Numbered from the stretch's first letter, positions 38,640 to 52,245 are shown. The stretch is DNA of 64,000 nt from Phoronis australis (GCA_002633005.1 NMRA01000403.1:334309-398308), one strand, 5' to 3'. Numbers and translations: made by a program. The notes: generated from the sequence alone by a model not told the origin.

Positions 38640-41600
38640 TTATTTAAGCCCGTTAGAATGTTTCGCTTGTGCCATTTCTAGAGATGTTTCGTTGAACACA
38701 TCCAGCATGTCTTTACGTATTTTCTCCGTAAGCTCTGTTACGTCCTCGTGTGCGAGGTCCTCTGTTGGCACAGGTGGCAGAACTGTGATGATCACTTTAC
38801 CTAAAGACACAAAGACGAATCGCAATGAGCACAACAGGAACTACTTCAACAAAGTAGGTGAAATCTATTTTCAACCAAAAGTTGGAAGCAAATTTAGTGG
38901 CTAAAGGAGAACTGATAGATTGAGTTTTCTTAAGAATTTCCATCATAGCGGAGAATAATTGTTTGAGGTACCCATAAATAAATGTCTATGGGTCCATATT
39001 AAAAAAATATCTGAACGTATGTTATGGACAGATATATTTTATTTTTTTACAGCATGAGATTTAACTACACGTAAACTTTACTGTCAGCCATTAAATCACT
39101 TACAATATTTAAGATGACTGTTACTAGTAATAATAGTTACATCATCTTTAGAATATAATAGCAACAGACAAACATCCATCACAAAGTATTTCACGTGTTT
39201 TTCGTTTCAGAGACAATACCCTTGCTTCTTTCGCGGAACTTCCCGCTAACTTCGATATTCGTCAACAAGTGCTATCATTATGTATATTTATATCAAACCA
39301 GTTAAAAAAGGTGCCATCCGTGTCTCAACTATACAAATGCATCAGCAACATTTCAACAAACAACATTTGAAGAATTTTCAATTTTCATATTCAGAAAACT
39401 GTTTTTGCAAACAACATGCAATACACGCTGAAAATTGTCAAGTGAAATGACCTACAATTCCTCACCATGGCAACTAAGCAACAGTGAAATCTGATTGGCA
39501 AACAACATGCAATACACGCTGAAAATTGTCAAGTGAAATGACCTACAATTCCTCACAATGGCAACTAAGCAACAGTGAAATCTGATTATGACCCCTGGGT
39601 ACAAATAAAATTCAAGGTCAAAGAACCATGATGATTCATGACCTGCCATGATTAGAAAAATTATCGTTCTTCTGAACCCAGAATAGATTTGACCTCCATC
39701 TAATCTTACCTGTTGTGAAGCGTTTCTCGTTCTTGCTGTAAAAGTCCGAAAATGACGAAAATATGACTGGAACTATGGGGACCTACAACGAGCATGAACA
39801 TGTCACACTACAATCATGACAAAGACCATGGTCACATGGCAGTGACTTCAAACAAATTCTATGAGATTTTTATTTCCGGACAAAAAGAAGTTTTAAGGAA
39901 CAGGGGGTCAATTTTTCACTGACAGACCATCAGTTTCGTAATTTTAGAATCCACACACCCTTGAGCAACTGTTAAGACAAGCTTGTACCATTTGTTATCA
40001 CAATAATAACAACACATGTCCAGACCACACAGTACAACTGTTGTAACAAGATGTATCTTCAGACAAGGCTTAACCGAGACAGGCCAAAAGGAAATCCTGG
40101 TTCAAGTTAAGACAACTAGGCTCAAGTTAGGATACCTTGGCACAAGTTAGGATACCTTGGCACAAGTTAGGACACTCTGACTCAAGTTAAAACACTCTGG
40201 CACAAGTTAAGACGTTCTTGCCCAAGTTAAGACACTCTGCCTGAACCTAAGACACTCTGGTTCAAGTTAAGACACTCTGGCTCAAGTTAAGACACCCACA
40301 TTCAAATTAAGACACTCTGGTTCAAGTTAAGACAACCTGGCTCAAGATGAGGCACCCAGATTCAAGTTAAGACACGCTGGCTAAAGTTAGGATACTATGG
40401 CTGAAATAAAGATATCCTGATTCAAGGTAACACACTATAGCTAGAACACCCTGTTTGGCATTTGTCACCCAAGTAAACATTTAAGGAAATGTCCTGTTTA
40501 ACCTGCCAACAACAGCTCTGAGAGTTCATTGACATACAAAATGTTATAAATATTTAACCTTTACCCTGCTGTCGTTGAGAATACTCGCTTTAACAAGTTA
40601 ATCAATGGCCATCTGCCAGCCAGCATACTCGCCACAAGACCAAGGCAACTTCTATACAATGACTAAAAGTACATGTATGCTTATATATTATGTGAGCATG
40701 CACAATTAAAAGACCACCCTGTACCACATATCTATCAAGTCATGTATCCAGATCACTCTGTGCCACTCCTGTAACAGTTAATAGGTTCAGACTACCCTGT
40801 TGCACTCACTTTGGCCTCCACAGCTAGATGAAAAGCACCCTTCTTAAATGGCAACATGGACCCTGTCCTGCTCCGCGTTCCCTCAGGAAATATCCATACT
40901 TTCAGCTGTAACATACCAACAATCAATTACAAACAATTTATCGTTCACTGAATACCAATTCCCACCACTTTTTAACTGACGTCTCACTGATCAGTGGGGC
41001 TTGAACAATTTTGATACGGAAACTATAATTTCAATACCACTGAGTGACTTGGCATCAACTGCACCCCAATGTATGATCATATGGTGAGAAATGGATCCTA
41101 TCACACGGCTCATCTAGCAACCGCCATTGTCGTCCTAATGAACACGAATTTACATGGAATTACAACGTACAAGCTTCAATGCCTCAGTGAGCAAATTAAA
41201 CCAACTTTACAGTGTACACTCTACTTTTATTCTGTGCATAGCAAGGGTTGTACAGACAAGTTTCATGGTGCAGAGGGCCACATATGTATCACTCACGTAA
41301 TATAAAAAGTGCAAGGTAATAAACTAGCTTGATTTTCGGCTTAAACAAAAAATGCGTGTTACAGCACCGTGAAAAGTCAAACCAAGTTGATGCAAAACAA
41401 CAATTTGAGGCAGCACTTTCTTGTTTTCTAAGGACAAAAACTGGCCAAATTTGAACAGGAATGTCAGTACCCACCCCCAGCATATAATTGGTAATATACC
41501 GGGGGTCATGTAGTGAAATAGCTGAGCAAACATTGTCTTAGCAGTATCCACCACAGCATAGAATTCACATTACACTGGGGATATGCAGTGATATAGCCTG

Positions 41601-44600
41601 GCAAAGTTATTGTATGCCCGGTGTTTGGGCCAAATGGTCACATGCGTAGTAGTATTGGACTTTTGGAATTAACAGATGCTGCCTGAGGAGGAAACATGAA
41701 TCGAGTGGTAAACTACCAAAAATAGCTTGGGGCATATCAGATGTTTGCACACAGACTTCCTACTGCTTTCCAGTTTGAATAGAACATTTTGACTCGTATT
41801 TAGTGTTTGAGGTTGCGTAATGACATGTGAGATAGCTATAAGTAGCAACAACAGAGTAAAGATTAGTTTTATACATTGACGTGAGCTATAAAACTATACA
41901 ATGTACCAGTCATGAGGGTTGCTGCCCATAGCAATACACAAACTAAATTAGACGAATATGCTGATAAGGAAAGAAAGATCCCCACAAGTTTTCTTAGAGG
42001 CTGCCCATAATCAGATATCTCATTTCATTGTTTAATTAACGTAGCGGAGAACCCGATGGCAAAATCAAGGTGACATTCAGTGCAGCAGGCTGTCTTTCAG
42101 CCAACATTAAGGCAGGCCAAAACGATTAAGAGATCAAACTTTACAAAGATAACAGGATTACTTATGTAATGGACATTACAGTATTGGCTTGGAAAATATC
42201 TTTGGGATGACCAGTTTGGTTCTAGGTGTCAGTTATAAATAAGAGATTCATCTGAGTATGCCCACACACTAAATGAAAGCTTCACCTTTCCTTGCTCACA
42301 ATCATAGATTCTACATACGTTCTTGTTTTTTATAGACTCCGCAGTCTTTGCCATCGTCCCCCTGGCCTTGTCCGGATTGAGTCTGTCAATGAATATGGTG
42401 CCGCACAGCCACGCGGCCAGCCCGAACGGACCGGCGAATAGCAACTCTTTCTTAACCAAACCTGTGCACCGACTAGGCCACACTTCCATCATGGCTGTAA
42501 CAGAAAGATTTTTTTTTAAATTACTAGCTATGGTTACTTTCGAGAAAAATTTTGACAAATTTCACCGACTTTTATCTGGCTTCATCAAAGTTATGACAAA
42601 AACCAGTACTAGGAAACCACATGTAAAATAAAACTAATTTTAATTAAAAATTAGACCATTACCTGACAATTTTGTTCCAAAGTAGCACCAAATAAAAACA
42701 ATTCATCATTTTTAACCTCTGTATACGACCAAACACTGCTTTGATTAATTGTGTATCATGACAATAATGTCACAAGCATTCGACAAAGGAAGATACATTT
42801 TATAAGCAAATTTTGGCAAATTTTACTTCTCTACACAACTGGTGAGATTTTGCGGAATTCATTTTGCACCTTTCAAGAATTCACATACACTGACCAAGTC
42901 CCCATACTTACGAATCAAGTCTATGGAGCTTTGGTGATTGCATACAACGATATATGGCTTGTCTAACTTGAGATGGTCTCTGCCACGCGTCTCGCATTTT
43001 ATTCCATAAATAGGAACAATACTTTTGAAGACCCAAGCAACCCACCTGCACAAAACACAAATGTCATTTGAAATGCACAAACTCATTATTTTCATGGGTA
43101 GGCAGAAGATGTCCGTATTCTGATGCCAAAAAATCAATGATGATGCCAATGTGTCAGGGTACTCCAACGCTCCAAGTCCTGTCATTACTGTAGTGTTCGT
43201 AATAGTGTTTTGGTAGGAACAGGAAGTGGAGATTAGAACCAGCCTTTTGTTTTAGTAGCCATTGTTTTCCTAATATAAAGCCTTAAATCAACTATCATCG
43301 TCTTCATCAAGACACAACAATTACACAGCAATAATCACTATGAAGGTCACTGAATAACACATTGTTCAGTGGATGAAACTGGTTCTCAAATTCACAAATT
43401 CAGACAAAAGGACTATTGCCAATTAAGCCAACAGGTCTTAACGGTTCAGATGTGTGACCAGTTAAAAGCATTTAGAAGCAGTCTTGCATTCTATTGCAAA
43501 ACCTATTGACCCAGCTCTACTCTCAGAACAGTCCAAATCTGTTATAATGCTTGCTTATGTTGTATGATGTATAGGGGGTGTCTATTACCTATAAATCCCA
43601 ATTGGCACTTCCGTTAACGAAATGTCATTTTGCTTTTTTATTGGATTTTGCATTAGACTTTAGACCCCTAAATTAGCATATTTTGGAACATTCCTAGCAC
43701 AGAATTGTAAAAACACGCCTCTTGGGTATTGAATGGGTATTCTGTCAAGTCTATGTTTCGGCCAATAAGATAATCTTCAATTTAGTTTCAAGTTTTAGCT
43801 TCAACTATAATAATTGCTTTCAAAACTAGCTATTACACCTTTGGCATTGGAGCATGGGCGATTTTAGTCGATCCAAATGAAAATAATTGAGGATATATTG
43901 TAGATTTGTAGTTTTGTATTTTATAAACTTAAATAAACAGTCTTGTATTTACTCCACTTCTGTTCTTTCTCACTTTGTCAGATATCACCACGATTCTTTC
44001 GCTTGCGATACAAACAAACTAAAAATGCACAACGCTGACGAAACAGTAAAAAATTAATTATTGGATCAGGGCTGGATGCTCCAATTCCCATTAAAAAAAA
44101 TTGGAATTTTAAATACGCTACTTTAGTTTTTAATGACATCATATTAACTACATGTTTTCTCTTCAACAATAACCCACAAAGTGTGTGGAGATTTTTTATT
44201 CATTTAATTGAGAAGTGACAATGTTTCACAAGGTTTTCAGTATAGCAAGAGACTCGCATACTCAGTCTCATTGGTGTAAATTTTTGCAATCCAAACTGAT
44301 ACCTGCGCCAAACTGCGTGTTCCTAGATTAATGCTAGTGGCAATGGTTTATGGATTTTTAACATTAATCAGAACCGAAATTGATGATAAAGAATGCTCAA
44401 GTATGCTGGTCATCTGGAACAATGGCATGGGAAACTATTACGCACCACCCCGCATTCATTGCTGTTACACTCTGGTTTTCAGCACATTTGACTTATCAGC
44501 TGATTTGACACGTTTCCTGTGTCATGTAGAGGAATAGTTCAAACACAGGGTAATTGTTTACAATATGACGACATTGACTTACACAAATGATTTTGGTATC

Positions 44601-46383
44601 GTTCGATTCCTTACAACGTTATCTTTTAAAAAAATTTACAGAAATTTCTCCTACTCTGTTCTCTAATGTTTTATCATGAAGTTTCTGCTTGTACCGTTTC
44701 CCGGTACGCGGTACTTATACTGCCATGTTGAATGGAAGGAGTCCCCTGGTGGTAAAAAACTGAACTAAGCTATCGACTTCTGTAGATAGATGCTTTTCAT
44801 ATTAAGTTCAAATTGACCGAGACCCGTTTATCCTCTGGCCAAATTACGGTCCCAAGGGTTTGAATTTGATCCTATGGTAACTCTGGTATGCGTCAGCAAG
44901 CAAGAATCCGCGAAAAAAGCTGAGGTTGTTTTTGAGGTTCTAATTCGTGAAAAGGGTCACTTCAGACAATTTTGTGGAAAAATGGTCAAATGCTCACATC
45001 TCTAAAAAATTGAAAAAGGTAAAATGCTGCTACTTGTTCCTCCAGAAAAACTTAAGCGGGAATCTCGCGCGGGCAAACGCCATTCAGAATCAATGATGCT
45101 GTTTCGGATTCTGCCGGGTCTCGACTCTATCCGCAACCGGGAAATAGTGCAAAGAGAAATTCGACAATAAAATATGGAGGAAACGTGGTAAGGGATACGT
45201 TCATATATTTTTGGATCGGTAACGCTCCGAGGAATCGAATGTACAGTCAAGTGACCTAATTATCGGACGTTTTGGCACATTTTGCATTATATTTAATTGA
45301 AAACATTACGGATTGTTGTAAATTCTTTGCTGAAATAAAGATTTACCTTCACGGAATTGTTCTGTTACTATATCTTGTCACTGAAAGCCACATTTATGTT
45401 CCGACTGATCTTCAAAAAACACAACAACCAAACCTTCGGAGAACCTAAATATCGGACACCATGTTTCTCCATACGCCACACCGCGGAAAACTGACTAACC
45501 ACGTAATGGCCGCGGGCACCTTGTCGCCAAATTTCAGCTCGAGTGTTTTGACATATATGCTGCTAGAACCCAGGTCCATTCGCAACAAAATTATCCATAA
45601 AATGAAATCTGATGACGGCGCCAAGTCGTTTCGATGAATTAGTGCAGACGACTAAAGCACGTGCAAACTCACTGCAGTTTTTAGTATCACTTAGGCTTCT
45701 TGATATGACACCCGCACGTGCGCGGTCGGGGTTTGACTTGAGTTTAAAAACAAACGAAAAAATGGAACAGTGACATATTGTCAGTTCAATGAGATGGTTT
45801 CATTGTGGAAAAAGATTTTATTTTCAACTTTTATAACCGATTTATGCGATCGTCCATTTTAGGCCGACTTGGGGGTCTAAATTGCACCCTCTCTCGGTGA
45901 AATCAAAACGAGGCAACGCTGTAAAAAACGAGACGGTGTCGGACATTGAATGCATTACAACGGAACAAAAATTGGTGTCATTTAATTCTCAGATTATGCT
46001 TCAAATAAGATTCTATGAAATGTCCGATATTTAGGTTCCGTCCGATAATTAGGTACCCTATGTGTATACAAAATCATGTGTGTAGGTCAATGTCGTCATA
46101 TCGTAAACAATTACCACAGTAAATAGAATCGACAAAACTAATTGCGTAACACACAAGGAATAAAAATCACACTACCTAAACTTATCCCGGGGACTTACCC
46201 GTAATTGCGAACGTCCATTGGTCTCACCAAAGCAATAAAAATGAACGCAAATGCTTCTACTGAGATTATCGTGTAATACAGGGTCATTTTAGCATAGTAC
46301 TTGAAAGTGGAACTCAGTTCATAAAGAACTGGTAACATCAAAAGAAGAATTATAATCAACCACTGAACAAAATCCAACTCCAT
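38640..46383 (-). CDS. AGPAT1/2: 1-acyl-sn-glycerol-3-phosphate acyltransferase (LPAAT, AGPAT1/AGPAT2 co-ortholog), 6 coding exons, about 274 aa
   Basis: Exons 46199-46383, 42912-43045, 42319-42494, 40810-40905, 39710-39782, 38640-38800 (825 nt, GT-AG, phases consistent). PlsC motifs [34 protein letters not shown]; hydrophobic N-terminus. Confidence 0.95.
39407..39587. repeat. 91-bp tandem duplication in AGPAT intron 5
   Basis: gcaaacaacatgcaatacacgctg...gtgaaatctgatt twice (39407, 39498), nearly identical. Confidence 0.9.
40097..40440. repeat. Degenerate 20-bp minisatellite, about 17 units, in AGPAT intron 4
   Basis: Consensus about ctggctcaagttaagacact. Confidence 0.85.
45244..46064. mobile_element. 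Tc1/mariner (pogo-like) non-autonomous element of about 820 bp in AGPAT intron 1
   Basis: TA|cagtcaagtg-acctaattatcggacg ... cgtccgataattaggt-accctatgtg|TA. Perfect 16-bp TIR core, TA flanks, internal inverted sub-repeat aacctaaatatcggaca (45441) / tgtccgatatttaggtt (46021). Confidence 0.75.
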
Positions 46384-46650
46384 CGTCGACTTTTTACACA
46401 CGATGTCCTTAACAATTATCTCAATGTTTCTTCTTTGACTTTGGAGTTTGGTCGCATGATCGTTACGCTTTACATGTGTCGTAAACACGACAATGCCCGA
46501 GGAGGCTGTGGAACGAATTCAACTGAGTCATTACGCAGGTTATAACCATTTCGGTGTGAAGACAAAGTCAAATTACATTAAATGGAGCAGCTAATCGAAA
46601 GTTAATATCAATTACGCTCTTTATGTGAATTGGATTTTACCGGTTTATGT

Positions 46651-47255
46651 GCGACACCAGTAACAAGTAGCGCTATCTACAGTACGGTCTTGAAATCGCA
46701 AGACTTGCTTAGGCCTACCGTGAACTCCTGGAATATAGCCCACACGCCTACAGTTAGCGACATAACACAGAAAATATCAAAATACAACGACTCCGGTAAA
46801 AGACAATATATTGCTTAATCCGAAAGTAAACTTGGCGATCCAACTTCTAACTTCTGGTGTTCTTCGGTCGCGTTTTACGAGGTCCCCCACTTCTAGGAAA
46901 TAGATTTCTAGGAAATATAACCTGTTGCCTCAATTTTTCGCCGTCAGCCTCAGAAGGGAGCGGTCCCGACAAAAATATACTCGTGATAATGAAATAAGCA
47001 TTGCTGCAGGTGACTCTGCAATGCCTATGGCATCCCTCACTCCTCGGGCCATCGCCGAGCACGTCAGCGCTGCAGTCGCCGCCTACGGCGGTACTTAAAA
47101 TGTAGGCCTACGGTTATGAAGCATAAACAAAAAGGGGTTGCAGCCAAAGGAAAAGCGCATTTTGGGAGAATTCATTAGGTGGGATGATCTTCTTGAAATT
47201 ATGAGCTTTGATTGATTCATCATCGATCTCGTCGGCACCCAATCCTCAGCCGTCG
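46651..47255 (+). repeat. Diverged dispersed repeat of about 600 bp upstream of AGPAT
   Basis: Colinear blocks shared with 58488-59103: gcgacaccagtaa, gtacggtcttgaaa, aaaatacaacga.tccg, cgcattttggga..attcattag.tgggatgatct.cttgaaa. Confidence 0.7.
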
Positions 47256-49252
47256 CATACCAGTCCAGTGACCACTATGACAGCGTTTTCCTGTTCAGAG
47301 TGACTTTACCACGCGTAGAGGGTTCTGAGCGTGTGATAACATCTAGCTTCTTTGTAAACTACCAAGCACACTCTTTTTTCTGTTATCACAACAAGCAGGC
47401 CACAAAAATTATCTACCATGCTTATTACAGACCACTTGGTGTGAACCCAGTCAAACTCAGAGTGAGCTACTAGTGTACTTCGGAAAGAATAGATTGTCGT
47501 AAGTTGGGTTGCAGTTGGGCAATTATGGCGATTCAAAAACTAAACATGATCACCATTTGACGAAGATTTCAGAAATGCTATTGGTTTACGTCCAAGTATG
47601 TAATAACTTAACGTTAGCACGGCCCAGTCAGGCTGATACGATCTGATCGGCGGGAGATTAGCACTGACGAGAGCCGGCCCTCCAACCATAAATGCCACTG
47701 GTGGAGTTAATCAGTCGCGTTAAGATATTGGCTACAGGGGTGATCTTCCCAAGTTATTGTTGGGCTATAGAATCGAACAAGTTGGGAGCAACGGGAAAAC
47801 GCCGTAATGCACTAAAAAAAGTCAATTGTTCAGTTGTCTCCGTAACCGATACAAAAAAACGAAAATCCAAATTACCCTGTCTTCCTTAATAAAATTGTAT
47901 CACTGCATATTTCCCTTAAGTTCATATAGTACATTGCCCTTGTCACTTGTTCTCGGGAACAGTTCAGAATTTGCTTCGATCGGTGAGTCATCGCGGAGTA
48001 ATACTCAAAAAATTGAAACGCGTGTCGCACTGACTGGTAAGGTGTTGTCTACCTGCAACTCGCGCTTTTGGAAGTCAGAGCAAACACGACTAAATTAAGC
48101 GGTGTGTTCTGAACCCGAGTCAGCTATGCAGAGCATGGACTCGGTAAGCCTGAACACTGGCGTACGTGTGTTCATCGTACTTAAATCGGGCTTGGGGTCG
48201 ATCTATTCGTTGTGCTCGAAATCGAACTCGAAACTGTTTTTGACATTTCCTTTTCTATTTTTGTGTCTATTATTCTGTGCTAGAGTTCGATATGGTTTAA
48301 GTGGAAGGCGGATCCGTTTATACCAATTTTGCACATGGTGACGCCTAAAATCAAGCTACAAATTGGAGCAAAAATTCCAAATTTCGAGTAAAAACTTAAA
48401 ATTTCAAATTTCAGACTCGAATTTATAGGCTAAAGCTGGGGTCATCAAATGTAAACTAGGAATAGAAATCGCCAACTTACATGTAAAGCATTCACCGTTT
48501 AATGTACCACAGACTCATGGACACGTGTTATTGTTTGCATAAAAATAGAATGGAATTAGTGTCCAAAACAAATTCGATTTCGATTTCGAGCAGAAAGATT
48601 GGACCCTGGGCCTTGGACCCTGGTCCCTGGTCTGACACATCTTTACATTCGCGGGATTTTCGTACGAACGAAGCATGACACTTTAACATCGGACGTCAAA
48701 ATTGCCAAGCGACCGTGTTTGATTTTGATAACTTCTTCCGCTTCCCTTTATCGTCAATTCTCGCTTTGCCGAACTATTTCTGGGCATATTAACTTAATGC
48801 TGTCGGTATAGTCCTACATGAATTAACTCCTACACAAGCATGTGGAATTTGTTACCCCAACGCTTAAGGTTATCTCAAACCACTTGTTTAGTGGCCTCCA
48901 TTCTAACTCGTATACCAAAAAGTGGGCTATGTCAATTAGTAAAAGTACATATTTTCTGCAAAAAAGACCAGGGAATACAAAAATATGTTTTATATTTATG
49001 GTCCATTATTATTATTATAACATTTAAACCTATTTAAGTCAAAATGCCATGGCTTACGAAAAATACATTCCTAGCAAAATAACGTCTCGGTAGGGGAAAC
49101 ACTTTTCAAATGAAAACTTCACCATTTACCTCAAAAACGGTGTTTGGAATTTGTCTATAAGACTTTTTGTTTGATTTCTAAGACAAATTAACTCGCAAAA
49201 CTTATGCTACTTCATCGGATGGGCGATGTCAGCATTCCTTTGCTGCCATTAT

Positions 49253-49971
49253 GGCGTTTTGTCCATGCCCATCTTGCAGAGTCTTATTTAGTTTTATCTA
49301 TTTACGTCATAATACATGACATTATTCGCAATCCTCCTCTTGTTTTACTCTCCAACATAGCTCGTGGCGTACCCCAGGCAAAATAGATTACGATAAGTTA
49401 AATTTAACTTGTTAAATGCATTTATCGTCATTATTTTGACATTTTTCTCTTTATTTGGATATCAACCATTAGGGTTCATTTGTCATTACTTATCTCTATT
49501 TATAGCCTTAAGGACCTACTTTTGTATTCATACATTTCTCTATGCGACACCTGATTGGTCGGGCCATAATTCCTTTGTTCAGTTCAACGTGGTCTCTCTC
49601 ATTCAGCCACCTACCTCGTCGTCTACAAGACCTACACTGTGCGTTCGTTCTCTACATTTTTCCCCACGCGCCACCCCGGATATCGGTTCCACTTTTTTTC
49701 TTTTCTCATATACACCACCTGTTAGGTGTTTTCAAGTTTTGAGTTTATGTTCTGTACTTTTCCTTTAAGCCCTTCAGGCAGTTCTTTTGTTTTGGTTCCC
49801 TCTTTCAGGGCTATTAATTGTACACGCCGGTGGGCGTTTTGTCCCATCTCGCAGAGTCATATTTAGTTTTATCTATTTACGTCATAATAAATGACATTAT
49901 TCGCAATCCTCCCCTTGTTTAACTCTGCAACATAGCTCGTGGCGTACCCCGGGCAAAATAGATTACGATAA
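49253..49971 (+). repeat. Two direct repeats of about 140 bp (49253-49396, 49833-49971) flanking about 435 bp
   Basis: ggcgttttgtcc...tatttagttttatctatttacgtcataata...acatagctcgtggcgtacccc.ggcaaaatagattacgataa occurs twice. Confidence 0.8.
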
Positions 49972-51217
49972 ATGCTATTTTTGTCAGAAATCGTATTCAT
50001 TTTTTTACATTACGCAAAACTGACTATAGGTCTTAACATGTATATCGAAAATCCTAGCGAAATCCACCGAACAGATTTCGAGAACTCGTATTCCTAAGTT
50101 CAAATGTCACAGTGGGTAATTACTTAAGTGTCACCAAAACGTTTTATCACTAGCTAAGTCAATTTTGATTGCATCGAATCCAACTGGGGCATGCTGGCGG
50201 AGTCAACATATTAAGTGCGTTCATTTTGTAGTCCACTTCAAAGTAGGTCAACAATTCATTGTTAGACACACCACGGCTTGGAGACTGATACGAAAGCCAA
50301 GTACGCAATAGATACTGAAATCGAGTCAGTATTTAAAGCACGCCGTGAGCGAAATGTCAAATTACCCGAATTAAGGAATTTGTGTGAGGATTTATCTCTT
50401 TTCACAACTTGTTGTGTTCGTGAACACAAAGTCACAGAGGGGTGAGGCGACTCGTTATTCTTTCTCAACAGCTGTATGCATGCAGACACACAACTCTTTC
50501 AGGATCAAAGCCACATTGTACGTGTTGTCTTCGTTTTCCCCGGGATCTTTCTATCACACGTACGTCGTTGATGCAATATTGTAACGACTCGGTGAATGAA
50601 AGTACTGAGGGTACAAACGGAGTTGCACTGTGCCTGGCAGGAGATTCGATTTTAGTGATAGTCCCTTTGACCTCGGATAAGTAGTAAACAAATTGCCGCG
50701 CGGTAGTGCGGTTCCAAGGTGGTTCTGCCATTTTTTTTCTCGCTATACGGGATATCTTTCGTTTTTGAAGTTCTTCGAGAATAAAAATAAGGTATTTTGC
50801 TAGACATACAGTGTATGTGAAAAATTGTAAAAATAGCCAATTTTTGTGAAGAAGGTTTGAAATATCCTTAAGCGAATCTAGACCAGGCTGTGACTAACGC
50901 GTCTTTATAAATTCACAAATTGTTGCCCGTGGCTTAGCCGCGATGTTGAAGAAAACTGGATACTCTGGGGTACGCATTGCACGCTTCCTCGTGCACTTGA
51001 GTTCAAATCCTGTTAGCCTAAGATTTTCCAAATGAAACGAAATGTTTTTGGTAGTTTTACATGTACATGTAGACGTTTTGTCTCTCATCATCATCTTCTT
51101 ATTGAAACGCTTATTGAAGTCACTAGTTCTAGAAGCCCAAGATTCAGGTGTTTGTTCTACAATGTCAGCCATAAAGACCATTGCTCGTCGTACATTCACG
51201 GCTGAGTCTGAATCTCT

Positions 51218-52002
51218 CTAAAATCCTTCTTGCAAACTGCCTATGTGGTTCCAGTATCCGAAAATACTTATTACATAAATTCTTATTTTCGACACCCTTT
51301 CTTTATATTCTTTTCACCTTTCTTGCCAAAAGCGATTTTTTATGAGTATTTGACCCTTCTCTCTGAGCGTATGATTACCGGTTGTCATCGGTTATTTCCG
51401 TACCCACATTTCCCGCTCATTAGTTCAGGAACTTGTCCTGAACGCCGCCATTTTTTCCTTGTAACTGAATGTGCTATGGCTTGCTCGAAAAGACTTCATT
51501 ATTTTGTTTTATTAGTAATATATCGTGATTCGTTTGCATATGTAGTGTATTTATAGTTCGTAGTTAGTGGTCGTTGATTTTTTTTTGGAATGTTACGCGA
51601 ACTTAGTATGTTAAAACAGCATTGGTGTTTAGTTCCTTACGTAGGCGGGTCGAACCTAGGAACCAATATGGGTCGAACCAATTTTTTTTCGGTTTTATTT
51701 TATTCCTCGTTTTGAAAAAGTATTTTGCTATCATCGGAAAGGTAGTACATTCTACTCAGTAAAAATCGAAAAAGTATCAAAATCGGGGCAAGCAGTGTAA
51801 AGTTATTGCAAGTTTTGTGGCGAAATTTGGGTCACTTTGTTTGGATCGCGTCGGCCATATTGGAGGACAGCGGGATGAGTTACGAGTTTAAAACTTTGTG
51901 TAAATTGTTTTCGCCAACAAATTACGGTGAAATTTATTTAGACATATCTTTACTTACTATTCTGCACGATTTAGCAGTGTTCACCAAATTTCAGCCTCGC
52001 AG
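51218..52002 (+). repeat. Dispersed repeat copy 1 (at least 780 bp), probable non-autonomous transposon
   Basis: Highly similar (roughly 90% by eye) to 63214-64000, e.g. atgtggttccagtatccgaaaatactta and ggtcgaacctaggaaccaatatgggtcgaacc. Confidence 0.85.
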
Positions 52003-52245
52003 TTGTTACTCATTAAGTGATAAATGTGCTCACAATTCCCGTTGGACTTTCGTCTCATTTCTCCATGGCGGCACCTACAATGTCGACTTTTGCTGAACTG
52101 AAAGGCATGTTCAATCGGCTACGTTGTAATTTGTGAAGATTTAACGTTGATACATTTTGACAAACGTTGCTACAAAAAAGAAACTTTGTTCAATTTTCGT
52201 GTTTTTTGTGTTTGTGGCCAGCGACCAGTTAGGCCTAAGGGTATG

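Noticed and set aside
38482-38904. 140-aa plus-strand ORF, and similar ORFs antisense to exons (14319-14582, 42323-42631)
   Set aside because: Shadow ORFs opposite real exons, with no independent coding signal.
40097-40440. 20-bp periodic array as CRISPR or a coding repeat
   Set aside because: Degenerate head-to-tail minisatellite inside an intron, with no spacers and no ORF.
50262-51199. Minus-strand ORFs of 75-101 aa (one with a good Kozak at 50731) as a gene
   Set aside because: No recognisable domain or splice structure, and adjacent to a repeat; a decayed gene cannot be excluded without BLASTX.
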